A program made the position numbers and the translations under genes. 64,000 bases of DNA from positions 736,001 to 800,000 of the forward strand of contig CBDBCF010000001.1 of NCBI GenBank assembly GCA_965202985.1. Direction: 5' to 3'. The stretch's first letter is position 1. Every line of letters starts with the position of its first letter. The stretch comes from Longimicrobiales bacterium. Lineage in GTDB: Bacteria; Gemmatimonadota; Gemmatimonadetes; Longimicrobiales; Gaopeijiaceae. Positions 50,206 through 59,737 of this stretch are shown piece after piece. The notes under the pieces are model-generated. The model had not been told where the DNA came from, made no database searches, and was given only the letters and a program-made list of their open reading frames with translations.

Positions 50206-52423
50206 GCGAGCGCCGCTCGTCCAGGAACTCGCTCTCGCTGAAGCTCTCGCGCCGCACTACGGAGACGACGCCCTTCACGCGCCGGACCGCGTCCATGATC
50301 CGCTTCAGGTGGTTCAGGTTCCGGACCTCCACCACGATCGCGGCGGTCATCCCGCCGTCGGTGGCCCGCATGTCGGCGTGCTGGATGTCGGTCGCCGTCT
50401 CGGTGATCGTCTTGGCCACGTCTCCCAGCAGGCCGCGACGGTCGGTCCCTTCCATGTGCAAGTGGACGAAGAAGCGGTCCTCGCGCTCGGCCTTCCACTC
50501 GATCTCGACCCGGCGCTCCGGGTCTCGGTCGAGTTCCAGCACGTTGGGACAGTCGCTGCGGTGGATGGAGATGCCCCGGCCGCGGGTGGTGTAGCCGATC
50601 ACGTCGTCGCCGGGCACGGGCTGACAGCACCGCGAGTAGCGGACCATCAAGTCGTCCATGCCCTGGATCGTCACGCTTCGGTTCGACTTGCGAATCTTCT
50701 CGGCGATGCGCTCCAGGGCGGATGTCGACCGCTTGACCACCCGCGCCGGGTCCTCGTCGGGGTAGAAGGCCCGGATGACCGTGGCGGGGCCTGCTTCGCC
50801 GCGCGCCAGCGCCACCAAGGTCTCGTCGAAGCTGGAATAGCCGAGCCGTCTCGCGGCGCGTCGCATGTCGTCGTCGCTGGGCCGGGGCAGCCGCGTCTTG
50901 CGCAGCTCGCGCTGGAAGAACTCCTGGCCCAGGCGAAGGGCTTGGTCGAACTCCTGTCGGCGGATCCAGTGGCGTATCCGCTGGCGGGCGCGGGAAGTCT
51001 TGACGAAGCCGAGCCAGTCTCGGTTGGGCTTCTGACGGGCGTCAGTGATGATTTGGACCGAGTCGCCGTTCTTGAGCTTGCGCGACAGCGGCACGATGCG
51101 GCCGTTGACCTTGGCGCCGGCGCAGTGCAGTCCAACCTCCGTGTGGACCGAGAAGGCGAAGTCGATCGGCGACGAACCCTCCGGCAGCTGCTTGACTTCG
51201 CCCTTGGGCGTGAAGACGAAGATTTCCCCGTGGAACAGGTCCATGCGGAGGAACTCCATGAAGTCCTCCGGTTCGCCCTCCTCCGCTTCCTGCTGCCACT
51301 CCAGGACTTGGCGGAACCACGTCAGGGCCTCGTCGACGCGGCTTCCCTTGCCTTCTTCCTTGTAGCGCCAGTGGGCGGCGATGCCGTATTCGGCGGTCCG
51401 GTGCATCTCCTCGGTGCGGATTTGGACTTCGTAGCGCCTGCCGCCGGGGCCGTACACGGTGGTGTGGATCGACCGGTACATGTTCGACTTGGGCGTGGCG
51501 AGGTAGTCGTGGAAGCGGTCCTGGACAGGGGTCCACTTGCCGTGGACGACCCCGAGCGCGGCGTAGCAGCTGTGGATCGAGTCGGTGATGACCCGGAGCG
51601 CCATCAGGTCGTATATCTCGTCGTAGCTGCGACCCTGTGTGATCATCTTGCGGTGGATCGACCACAGGTGCTTGGGCCGGCCCGTCACCTCCGCCGGGAT
51701 GCCCGCCTTCTTCAAGAGGTCCTCCAGGGGCCGCTGCATCTCCAGGATGTGGCGCTCCCTCGCGCGGCGCCGTTGCCGCACCAGCTTCCGCAGAGCGTCG
51801 TAGGAGCCTCGGTCCAGGAACTTGAACGCCAGGTCCTCCAGCTCCCACTTGACCGCCGCCATGCCCAGGCGGTGGGCCAGCGGCGCGTAGATCTCGCGCG
51901 TCTCGCGGGCGATCGGCGTCTGTTTCGTCGTCGGCAGGTGTTCCAGCGTGCGCATGTTGTGCAGTCGGTCGGCCAGCTTGACCAGGATCACGCGAGCGTC
52001 CTTGGCCATCGACAGCAGCAGCTTGCGGTAGTTCCCGACTTGCTGCTCGGTGTGCGAGCGGAAGCGCACGCGGCCGATCTTGGTGACGCCGTCCACGATC
52101 GTCGCCACCTCGTCGCCCAAGACCTCGCGGATGCCCTGGAGCGACACAGCCGTGTCCTCCACCACATCGTGGACCAGCGCCGACGCCACCGAAGCCGTGT
52201 CGAGCCCAAGTTCGGCCACGATCGTGGCGACTTCCACGGCGTGGTTCACGAACGGCTCGCCCGACGCGCGACGCTGATCGGCGTGGGCCTCGGCGGCCAG
52301 TTCGTAGGCGGCTTGGATCACGTCCAGGTCCACCCGCCCGGCGTACGCCTCCAAGGCGCGAGCCAGCGGACGGGGAAGTCCTTGGGTCGTCGTGACGCGT
52401 TCGGCCGCCGCCGCAGTTGCCAT
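50198..52423 (-). CDS. rel: Bifunctional (p)ppGpp synthetase/hydrolase Rel (RelA/SpoT)
   Basis: HD hydrolase 'HDVVEDT', '[12 protein letters not shown]', synthetase 'YEVQIRT', TGS, 'CCQPVPGD', ACT. Confidence 0.96.
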
Positions 52424-52445
52424 ATGCGTTCAATCTACGTACACA

Positions 52446-52814
52446 ATGGACATGAAGCCCGAACCCGTTCCGCCTTGCCCGAAGCGTCCCAACTGCGTGT
52501 GCAGTCGCGACGACGCCCCGCGCCGGAACCGAGTGGCCCCGTTGGCATTCGAGGGCAACCCGGAGGCGGCATTCGCCCGCTTCCGGGAGATCGTGGTCGG
52601 CCTGCCGCGGACGACCGTGGCGGAGGAGGCCCCGGGGTGGTTCCGCGCCGTGTGCCGGACGCGCATCGGGTTCGCCGACGACCTGGAGGCGCGCCTGTGC
52701 CCGGAAGAGGGCGTGATCCACGTCCGATCGGCGTCGCGCCTGGGATGGTCCGACATGGGGGTGAACCGGCGGCGGGTGGAGGAGCTGCGGCGGCGGTTCG
52801 AGGAGCGCGACTAG
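52446..52814 (+). CDS. DUF1499 domain protein
   Basis: 'CPKRPNCVCS', 'GFADDLE', 'IHVRSASRLGWSDMGVNRRRVE'. Confidence 0.88.
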   Translation: MDMKPEPVPPCPKRPNCVCSRDDAPRRNRVAPLAFEGNPEAAFARFREIVVGLPRTTVAEEAPGWFRAVCRTRIGFADDLEARLCPEEGVIHVRSASRLGWSDMGVNRRRVEELRRRFEERD

Positions 52815-52975
52815 GCGGCTAGGCTAGGCCGAAGCTCCGCTGCGCGGGACGTGCGACTTCCACTGCCCGAGGCGCGCGAAATCCATTGGTCGACAAGGTC
52901 GCGGCGCAGGTTCGCGGGGTCGCGCTGCTCGGTTCGCGGAGTCGTTTGCCCGACGCCGAGAAGGCAACCCCAAGC

Positions 52976-53025
52976 CTCCGGCGCGAAGTCGGGCCGAAAC
53001 AGCTATTCGAGCGCCCCGTTTCCGG
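52976..53025 (+). repeat. Conserved non-coding motif upstream of Rpn copy 3
   Basis: 41/51 identity (one gap) to 59663-59713 (minus strand), upstream of Rpn copy 4. Confidence 0.7.
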
Positions 53026-53101
53026 CCCCATCGTTCGGGTATCCGCACCCCCCCCCCCTGGACGCGGAACGACCCCCGCACTCCGAAAGGCCGCTTGCCC
53101 A

Positions 53102-54238
53102 ATGGACCAAACCCGCTGCGAACCCCGACCCGCCGACGCCCCCGATGCTTCCCGCCCGCCCGACGACGACTCTGGGGACGCCCCGGACCAGGACGACCCT
53201 CTCGAACGGCAACCCCGTCGCCACGACCAGACCTACAAGGACGTCTTCGCCCACGACGTGGCCATCCGGTCGCTGATCCGCGACTTCCTGGCCGCCGATT
53301 GGCACCAGCACTTAGACCTCGACACCGCCGAACGTCTCCCCACCGAAACAATCGCCCCCGACATGAGGCGCAGGCTCCCCGATCTCGCCGTCCAAGTCCG
53401 GCGCAAGGACAGCGACGCTTCCGTCGTCTTCCTCGTCGAATTCCAGGCCTCCCACGACCCCGACATGGTGCTGCGCACCAGCGAGTACGCCCTTGGGATG
53501 GTCGCGGCACTGCGCGCCAACCGGAACAAGCTCGATCCCGACGGCTCCGTGCCCGCCGTCCTCGCCCGCGTCCTCTACACCGGCCCCAGGCCCTGGACCG
53601 CCGCGACCAGCTTGGCCGCCCTGCTCCGCACGCCGGAGCTGCCCGCAGCGGCCCGGGCCGGCCCCGGCCTCGGCGCGCTCGGCCACGTCGTGCTTGACTT
53701 GCAGGCGGCGTCGGCGCAAGACTTGCTCTCGGAGGACTCGATGCTGGGCTGGCTGGGCGCGATGGAACGAGAGCCGTGGGACGCCTTTGGGCGGGTGCTG
53801 GCCTCGTTGGCCAAGCAGCGGGCCGGAGCGGAGTGGCTGTCGTTCCGGAGTGCGTTCGCCGATTGGACGGACGAGCGGTTGCGCGCAGGGGGCATGCCCG
53901 AGGCGGAAAGACGGGGCGTCCGCCAGCAGATCATCCAACCTAGGGAGGTAGCGGAGATGAGTCAGACGTATGCGGAGTGGAAAGAAGAACAGCGGCGGAA
54001 GGGGATCGAGCAAGGGATCGAGCAGGGGATCGAGCAGGGGATGGAACGGGGCATGGAGAAGCTGGTGCTTCGTCTGGCGGCGCGGAAGTTCGGGGCAAAG
54101 ACGGCGAAGAGTCTCGAGGGGCTGGTGGGAGCGATGGGTCCCGAGCAGGTGGTCCAAGTGGGCGACGCCTTGGTGGACTGCGACACGGGGGACGAACTGC
54201 TGGCCCAGGCGGCCAACGGTGCTTCCGTCGCCCGATAG
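53102..54238 (+). CDS. Rpn family nuclease/putative transposase, copy 3
   Basis: 'HDQTYKDVFAH', 'RRLPDLAV', 'FLVEFQA', 'LYTGPRPW', GIEQ repeats, 'RKFGAKTA'; clear paralogue of copy 1. Confidence 0.85.
   Translation: MDQTRCEPRPADAPDASRPPDDDSGDAPDQDDPLERQPRRHDQTYKDVFAHDVAIRSLIRDFLAADWHQHLDLDTAERLPTETIAPDMRRRLPDLAVQVRRKDSDASVVFLVEFQASHDPDMVLRTSEYALGMVAALRANRNKLDPDGSVPAVLARVLYTGPRPWTAATSLAALLRTPELPAAARAGPGLGALGHVVLDLQAASAQDLLSEDSMLGWLGAMEREPWDAFGRVLASLAKQRAGAEWLSFRSAFADWTDERLRAGGMPEAERRGVRQQIIQPREVAEMSQTYAEWKEEQRRKGIEQGIEQGIEQGMERGMEKLVLRLAARKFGAKTAKSLEGLVGAMGPEQVVQVGDALVDCDTGDELLAQAANGASVAR
53957..54238 (+). CDS. Putative internal small protein (Rpn-S-like, 93 aa) of Rpn copy 3
   Basis: GGAGGT-7 nt-ATG (53957), in frame, at the same position as in copy 1. 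Confidence 0.6.
   Translation: MSQTYAEWKEEQRRKGIEQGIEQGIEQGMERGMEKLVLRLAARKFGAKTAKSLEGLVGAMGPEQVVQVGDALVDCDTGDELLAQAANGASVAR
54002..54061 (+). repeat. 12-nt tandem repeat (GIEQ x3, GMER, GMEK) in Rpn C-terminus
   Basis: GGGATCGAGCAR x3 plus two degenerate units. Confidence 0.9.
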
Positions 54239-54243
54239 CCGCT

Positions 54244-54285
54244 GGCTCCCCTATCCCCCTGGGCACTTGGGGGGCTAGGGGAGCC
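54244..54285. terminator. Long hairpin between convergent Rpn copy 3 and lysJ
   Basis: GGCTCCCCTA/TAGGGGAGCC plus CCCCC/GGGGG stem with an 8-nt loop; no U-tract. Confidence 0.5.
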
Positions 54286-55498
54286 CGGTGTCCACTTCCA
54301 GCGTTTCGGTCAGCGCCTCGGCCACCTGGGCCACCTGCTGCTCGGTGACGACCAAAGGGGGAAGCAGGCGGATCACGGCGGCGCCCGCCGGCAGGGCCAG
54401 TACGCCGCGGCGCGCCAGAGCGTCCAGGTAGGGCCGGCACCGCTCGCGCAGCTCGATGCCGATCATGAGCCCGATCTGGCGCACGGAGCGGACTCGGCGC
54501 GGCAACGGATCGGAGAAGCGCTCGCGAAAGAAGGCCCCCAGACTGCGGGCGCGACCAGCCAAGTCGTGTTCCTCCATGAAACGGATGGCGGCCAGCGCCG
54601 CCGAGCACGCCAGAGGGCTTCCCGCCGAAGTGGTGCCGTGCAGGGATGTTGCGGGCGGGACCTTGCCGTTGGCCAGCACGGCGCCCAGCGGCAGGCCGCC
54701 GCCGACCGCCTTGGCCAAGCACAACACGTCCGGCGTCACGCCGTAGTGCTCGCACGCGAACATGCGGCCCGTGCGGCAGAACCCGGTCTGCACTTCGTCC
54801 AGGATCATCAGGGCGCCGGCCTCGTCGCACGTCTCGCGCACCGCCCGCAAATAGCCCCTGCCCGGCAGCCGGACGCCGCCTTCGCCCTGCACCGGCTCCA
54901 GCAGCACAGCAGCCACGCCGCCGTCCGCCTCTCCGCCGGCCAGCACGGCCGCCCGCAGCTTGGCCGCGTCGTCGAACGGCACGAACGACACGCCGGGGAC
55001 CAGCGGCGCGAACGGCTCCCGGTACTTCTTGTTGAAGGTTGCACTCAGCGCGCCCATGGTGCGTCCGTGGAAACCGCGCACGGCCGCCACCACGCGCATC
55101 CGCCCCGTGGCCAACCGGGCGAACTTGATCGCCGCCTCGACGGCCTCGGCGCCCGAGTTGCAGAGAAAGGCGCGCGTCAATCCGTCCGGCGCTAGCGACG
55201 TCAGCTTCTCCAGCAGGCGCGCCCGCCGATCGTTGTGAAAGATGCCGGGGCACACCGTCAGCGTCCGGGCCTGCTCCGCCACAGCTCGCGCGACCTCCGG
55301 GTTGGCGTGCCCCACGTTGGCCGTGCCGATCCCGCCCACGCAATCGATGTAGCGTCGCCCCTGGTCGTCCTCTACTTCCGCGCCGTCACCGCGCACCAGC
55401 GTGATTCCCCGCTGCGGATAGACGTGGAGTGCACAACGTTCTTCGGTCTCGCGAGCGTTCACGCATTCGCTGGCGCTCGACGGGTCGCCGACGGTCAA
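54275..55498 (-). CDS. lysJ: [LysW]-aminoadipate semialdehyde/acetylornithine aminotransferase
   Basis: NSGAEAVEAAIK, FHGRT, EPVQGEGG, DEVQTGFCRTG, LAK (PLP Lys); TTGA overlap with lysZ. Confidence 0.85.
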   Translation of the reverse strand: MTVGDPSSASECVNARETEERCALHVYPQRGITLVRGDGAEVEDDQGRRYIDCVGGIGTANVGHANPEVARAVAEQARTLTVCPGIFHNDRRARLLEKLTSLAPDGLTRAFLCNSGAEAVEAAIKFARLATGRMRVVAAVRGFHGRTMGALSATFNKKYREPFAPLVPGVSFVPFDDAAKLRAAVLAGGEADGGVAAVLLEPVQGEGGVRLPGRGYLRAVRETCDEAGALMILDEVQTGFCRTGRMFACEHYGVTPDVLCLAKAVGGGLPLGAVLANGKVPPATSLHGTTSAGSPLACSAALAAIRFMEEHDLAGRARSLGAFFRERFSDPLPRRVRSVRQIGLMIGIELRERCRPYLDALARRGVLALPAGAAVIRLLPPLVVTEQQVAQVAEALTETLEVDTGLP

Positions 55499-56289
55499 GC
55501 GATCACCGTGCCCTTGCCGGCCAAGGCTCGCCGCACCGGATCGTCCACGCGGCCGTCGGCCAGCACCACCTGGGCATCGGACCGAGCCGCCAACCGCTTG
55601 AGTGCGAGCATCTTGCGCTTCATGCGGCCCGCAGCCTCCGCCTCGCGTCGCGCCACGTCTTCGGCCGTCATGCGCGGCACCACGGAAGCGGGGTCGTCCG
55701 GGTCGTCCAGAAAGCCCGGCGCTTCGATCAGCTGCACAACGAGCTTCGGCTTCAGCACTTGGTCCAGCAAGCAGACGATGTCGTCGTTCTCGGAGTTGAC
55801 GGCTGTCCCGTGCTCGTCCACGATCGGCACCGTCAGCACGGGGGTGAAGTCGTTCTCCAAGAGGTACGACAGCAGCTTGCGGTTGACGGCCAGCGGCTTT
55901 CCCGACAGGTCGCGCTTGACCAGCACCTTGTCGCCTTGGCGAATGCGCATTCCTCGGTTGCGCCGGCCGCGCACCATCGCCCCGTCCAAGCCCGTCATCC
56001 CGACGGCGTTGACGCCCTGTCCCTGCAACAGCTCCACGATACGCTTGTTGCGCAGGCCCGCATACGCCATCAGCAGCAAGTCGATCGCCTCCTTGTCGGA
56101 GTACACGCTGTCGTAGCCCGACACGGACGTGATCACTTGCTTCTCGATCCCCAGACGGCGGCCCAGCGCGTCCCGAAGAGCGTTGGCGCCGTGGACGACC
56201 ACCACCTGCTCGTCGTCCAGAGTTGCGATGCCGGCGGCGATCCCCGGCAGGTTCAGCGTTTCGCCGCCGCCGATCTTGATCAGCAGCAT
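55495..56289 (-). CDS. lysZ: [LysW]-aminoadipate/glutamate kinase
   Basis: MLLIKIGG, VHGAN, 'TSVSGYDSVYSD', 'GLDG', 'MKRK'. Confidence 0.88.
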   Translation of the reverse strand: MLLIKIGGGETLNLPGIAAGIATLDDEQVVVVHGANALRDALGRRLGIEKQVITSVSGYDSVYSDKEAIDLLLMAYAGLRNKRIVELLQGQGVNAVGMTGLDGAMVRGRRNRGMRIRQGDKVLVKRDLSGKPLAVNRKLLSYLLENDFTPVLTVPIVDEHGTAVNSENDDIVCLLDQVLKPKLVVQLIEAPGFLDDPDDPASVVPRMTAEDVARREAEAAGRMKRKMLALKRLAARSDAQVVLADGRVDDPVRRALAGKGTVIA

Positions 56290-57005
56290 GTCGCGCCCGC
56301 CTCGAACGTTTGCATCGTGCCGTTGGGAACGGGCGTCCACTGCGCCGCGCCGAAGTCGGCCGAATAGGGCTGCGAGCACACGACCTGCACGTCGCCCACG
56401 CGCCCCTTGTGCATCTGGAAGTAGTCCGGCGCCTCGTTGAAACGGCTGGCCACGTGAATCCGCGACGGCTCGGCAACGACGATGTTCATCGCACGAACAT
56501 AGCGCGTGCGCCGCTCGATGGCGGCCACGCCCCTGGCCAAGGCTGGACCCAAGTCGTCCCGGCACGTGCCCAAGTCCGCCCGATGCTCGCCCCGGCCACC
56601 CTGACCCGCGCCCCGCGCTCCCTCGAAGCGCAGCACGGTGTTGAATATCTTTTCTGCCCCGGTGCGACCCCGTTCGCTCATGCGCACGCCCCGGAGCTCG
56701 CCGTTGAAGGCGAAGACGCGCTCGCCGTTTCGGAAGGGCATGTTGTTCTCGACGACGATCCCTTCGTCGCGGAAGGCGCTGCGGGCGTGGGCCAGAAGCA
56801 GCGTGGTGCGAGCGGCAGGCCGGTTCCGGTCCTGCCAGATCGGCGAGATGTTACGGTAGACGCGCCAACAACCGTCCTCCCGCCAAGCGCAGCCCCAGCC
56901 GTGGCCTTGGTATTCGGGGCTGCTCTCCGCAATCGACGCAAGGGCGGCCAAGTGCGGCGCCGCGTCGAACTGGGCAGAGGCGTGGGCGCACAGGATTCGG
57001 CACAC
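56280..57005 (-). CDS. Class II glutamine amidotransferase / EgtC-DUG3-like Ntn hydrolase
   Basis: GTG-Cys2 'CRIL', 'QGHGWGCAW', 'LLAHARSA', 'NNMPF', 'FNGEL', 'VCSQP'; overlaps lysZ start by 10 nt. Confidence 0.8.
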   Translation of the reverse strand: MCRILCAHASAQFDAAPHLAALASIAESSPEYQGHGWGCAWREDGCWRVYRNISPIWQDRNRPAARTTLLLAHARSAFRDEGIVVENNMPFRNGERVFAFNGELRGVRMSERGRTGAEKIFNTVLRFEGARGAGQGGRGEHRADLGTCRDDLGPALARGVAAIERRTRYVRAMNIVVAEPSRIHVASRFNEAPDYFQMHKGRVGDVQVVCSQPYSADFGAAQWTPVPNGTMQTFEAGATCC

Positions 57006-57040
57006 GAGCGGTCGCTTCGGCTGGAGACGGCGGGCCGGCG

Positions 57041-58924
57041 TCAGCCGTCCGGCGCACCCCTGGCGGGCAACGCGATCCCGTCGCCGGTCTTGAAGAGGGG
57101 TGGTATCGCGGTGGGCGTCCGTCCCGACACGGCGAATTCGCCGAAGAGCGCCCCGGCAGCCGCGACTTGGCTGGCTTCGGAGCCGCTCCACGCCAGCATG
57201 TACGCTCGCACGTCCGGGAAGTTGGACACCAAGTACGGGTTTCCGAAGGACACGACCACATGGGGCACGCCGGCAACGCCCAGCTCCTTCACGAACTCGT
57301 CGAAGCGGCCGGGGACCGCGACCGATCCCTCGTAGGACACGGCCCTGACGTGAACGCCGACCACCACCAGCTGCTGGCGCCGGGCCGCGACGGCCAAGGA
57401 GTCGTAGACGACCGACGGCGTCTCCTCGTCCAAGGCGGCGGTGCGCAGGCGCGGATAGACGTCCCGCAAACGGCGGTCGAAGCGGCGTCCGGCCAGCACG
57501 TCGGTGGGCCGGCGAAAGCTGATCGACATGACCCGGGCGCTTCGCGTGCCCCGGAGCGGCAGCAGCCCGCGATCGTTCTTGAGAAGGGTGATCGACCGGC
57601 GGGCGACCTGTTCCGCCACTTCGCGGTGGGCCGGAACGCCGACCTTTTCGCGCACCTTCTCCACGGCCACGGTGCGCCCTGCGTGCAGCCCCGCCGCCTC
57701 CTTGGCCTGCAGGAGCCGTCTCACGGACTGATCCAAGCGCGCCTGGGAGATGCGGCCCGACCGGACCGCTCCCGCGATGCCGGCCGCGACCCGCTCCGGC
57801 GAAGGCGGCATGAGGACCACGTCGGCGCCGGCTTCCAGTGCGCGGATCGCGGCCTCCGGAGCGCTGAACCGTCGGGATATGGCGTGCATGTCCATGGCGT
57901 CGGTGAACAGGAGCCCCTGGAAGCCCATCTCTTCGCGCAGCAGGTCAGTCATGATCGGGGAAGACAGGGTGGACGGCGCGTTCCCGCCTCCGGCCAGCGC
58001 CGGCACCGCAACGTGGGCCGTCATGACGCCTCCCATGCCGGCCGCCAGCGCCGCTCGGAATGGACGGAGTTCGACCGCGTCCAAACGTTCGCGGCCATGC
58101 CGGATCAAGGGAAGCTCCAAGTGGGAGTCGGCGTCGGTGTCGCCGTGTCCGGGGAAGTGCTTGCCTGTGGCGATCGCCCCGTGGTCCTGAATGCCCCGCA
58201 CCAGCGCGGCGCCCAACCTTGCCACCTGTTCGGGGTCTGCGCCGAACGACCGGACGTTGATGATCGGGTTGGCGGGGTTGTTGTTGACGTCCAGCACGGG
58301 CGCGAAGGGAACGTGAATGCCTACCGCGCGCGCCTCCAGCGCCGTGATGCGCCCCATTTCGTAGACAAGCTCCTCGTCCCCCGCCGCGCCCGCGGCCATG
58401 AGCGACGGAAAGCTGGTGGCGCCCCCCAAGTCCACGGCGCCCGGCATGTAGACGGCGCCGCGCAGCCGGAAGCCGGCGCCCGCCTCCAGGTCGGCCCCGA
58501 CCAGCAGGGGCACCTTGGCGTGACGCTGGAGGTGATTGAGCTTGGCGGCCACCTCCGTGGGCGAGCCCACCGACACGACCACGCCGCCGATGCCGATCTC
58601 GCGCACATAGCCCAGGATCCGCTCGTCGTCCTCGTCGCCCTTCGCCACGAAGTCGCCGAGGATCCAAGGCATGACGAGCTGTCCGGCCTTCTCCTCCAGC
58701 GTCAATCTGGCCAGCGTGCGGTCCGCCCAGGCCGACGGCCCCTCCCAGAACGGGCCCACCGGGACGGGAGCGGAGCCGGCGGCCGACGAGTTCGCGGACG
58801 CCGTCTGGGCTTCGGTCTCGAACGCGGACGGCGAGCAGGAAGCGAACGCCAGCCCAGCGACGACCACTAACGCCGCGACGACCGCCGGCGCCGGCGCACC
58901 CGGAGGGGACCAGTGGCGGAACAT
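57041..58924 (-). CDS. GH3 beta-N-acetylglucosaminidase (NagZ-type), lipoprotein-like
   Basis: KHFPGHGDTDADSH motif, APVLD, RSFG, TDAM nucleophile, GH3 C-domain; signal peptide ending LAFASC. Confidence 0.9.
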   Translation of the reverse strand: MFRHWSPPGAPAPAVVAALVVVAGLAFASCSPSAFETEAQTASANSSAAGSAPVPVGPFWEGPSAWADRTLARLTLEEKAGQLVMPWILGDFVAKGDEDDERILGYVREIGIGGVVVSVGSPTEVAAKLNHLQRHAKVPLLVGADLEAGAGFRLRGAVYMPGAVDLGGATSFPSLMAAGAAGDEELVYEMGRITALEARAVGIHVPFAPVLDVNNNPANPIINVRSFGADPEQVARLGAALVRGIQDHGAIATGKHFPGHGDTDADSHLELPLIRHGRERLDAVELRPFRAALAAGMGGVMTAHVAVPALAGGGNAPSTLSSPIMTDLLREEMGFQGLLFTDAMDMHAISRRFSAPEAAIRALEAGADVVLMPPSPERVAAGIAGAVRSGRISQARLDQSVRRLLQAKEAAGLHAGRTVAVEKVREKVGVPAHREVAEQVARRSITLLKNDRGLLPLRGTRSARVMSISFRRPTDVLAGRRFDRRLRDVYPRLRTAALDEETPSVVYDSLAVAARRQQLVVVGVHVRAVSYEGSVAVPGRFDEFVKELGVAGVPHVVVSFGNPYLVSNFPDVRAYMLAWSGSEASQVAAAGALFGEFAVSGRTPTAIPPLFKTGDGIALPARGAPDG

Positions 58925-58946
58925 GCAAGACAGCCGCGGGCTTTGC

Positions 58947-59189
58947 CTAGTTCGCGAGTCGGGTCAGCAACTTCGCGACCGTGTCGCACTCGATGACAGC
59001 GTCCGCTGCCGCGTCCAGCTCGTCGCGTCCGTCCAAATCGCCGATCAGGCCCGACAGCTGCACGGCCGCGTCCGCGCCGAACTTCTTGGCCACCAGGCGC
59101 TCCAAGACGGTTCTGGATCCCTCCCGGTGCCCCTTTCGGCGGCCCTCGGCCCGCAGTCTTGCCATCTCTTCTTCGATCTGCGTGTACAT
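58947..59189 (-). CDS. Intact Rpn-S-like small ORF (80 aa) within the Rpn pseudogene
   Basis: GGAGG-8 nt-ATG (59189): MYTQIEEEMARLRAEGRRKGHREG...KKFG... Confidence 0.55.
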   Translation of the reverse strand: MYTQIEEEMARLRAEGRRKGHREGSRTVLERLVAKKFGADAAVQLSGLIGDLDGRDELDAAADAVIECDTVAKLLTRLAN

Positions 59190-59640
59190 GTCCCTCGCCT
59201 CCGTCAAGTTGGTGATCTTCGACGGTTCCTCTTCCGAACGTCCCCACTGCCGCGCCGCGCCCAACGCCCACAGCGCGAACGCCTCCGGGATCCCGGCGTG
59301 CTCGGGACCCGGGTACGCCTCCAGCACCTCGTCCAGCACGGTCCAGACCTTCGTCGTGCCGCCGTCCCGCTCGAGCTCCCCTCAACCAAGTCAGGATGCG
59401 CCGCTTCCGCAAGCTTCGCCCGGGCAGGGCGCGCATGTCAAGCACTTGGTAGGGCAGCCGGACCGAGAGGTCGCGGAGCTGGGGGCAGCGTGGGCGAGAT
59501 CAGGTCGGCGATGTCGAGGAGGGCGTCCCAAGGACGGGGGCCGTTGTGGACGACGCAGACGACGACGGGGGGCGGCCGATGGGCGGCGCTGGACGGCATC
59601 TCGCGGATCAGGTTCTCGCGCTCCGGGCCCAGGGGAATGG
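58947..59640 (-). pseudogene. Degraded Rpn copy 4 (N-terminal nuclease lost; frameshifted)
   Basis: 'PPPVVVCVVHNGPRPW' fragment and C-terminal 'KKFGADAA...ADAVIECDT' in different frames; no HD..K or ExQ motifs. Confidence 0.75.
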
Positions 59641-59662
59641 CCGGGCCGGAAGCAAGACGCAC

Positions 59663-59713
59663 CCGGAAACTGGGCGTTTGGATAGCTGGATCGGCCTCAC
59701 TTTCGGGCCGGAG
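59663..59713 (-). repeat. Conserved non-coding motif upstream of Rpn copy 4
   Basis: Second copy of 52976-53025. Confidence 0.7.
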
Positions 59714-59737
59714 CGAACGACCCCGTTTGGCGGCCCT

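Noticed and set aside
54002..54061. Tandem repeats here and at 30140-30235 as a CRISPR array
   Set aside because: In-frame coding repeats without unique spacers; no cas genes.
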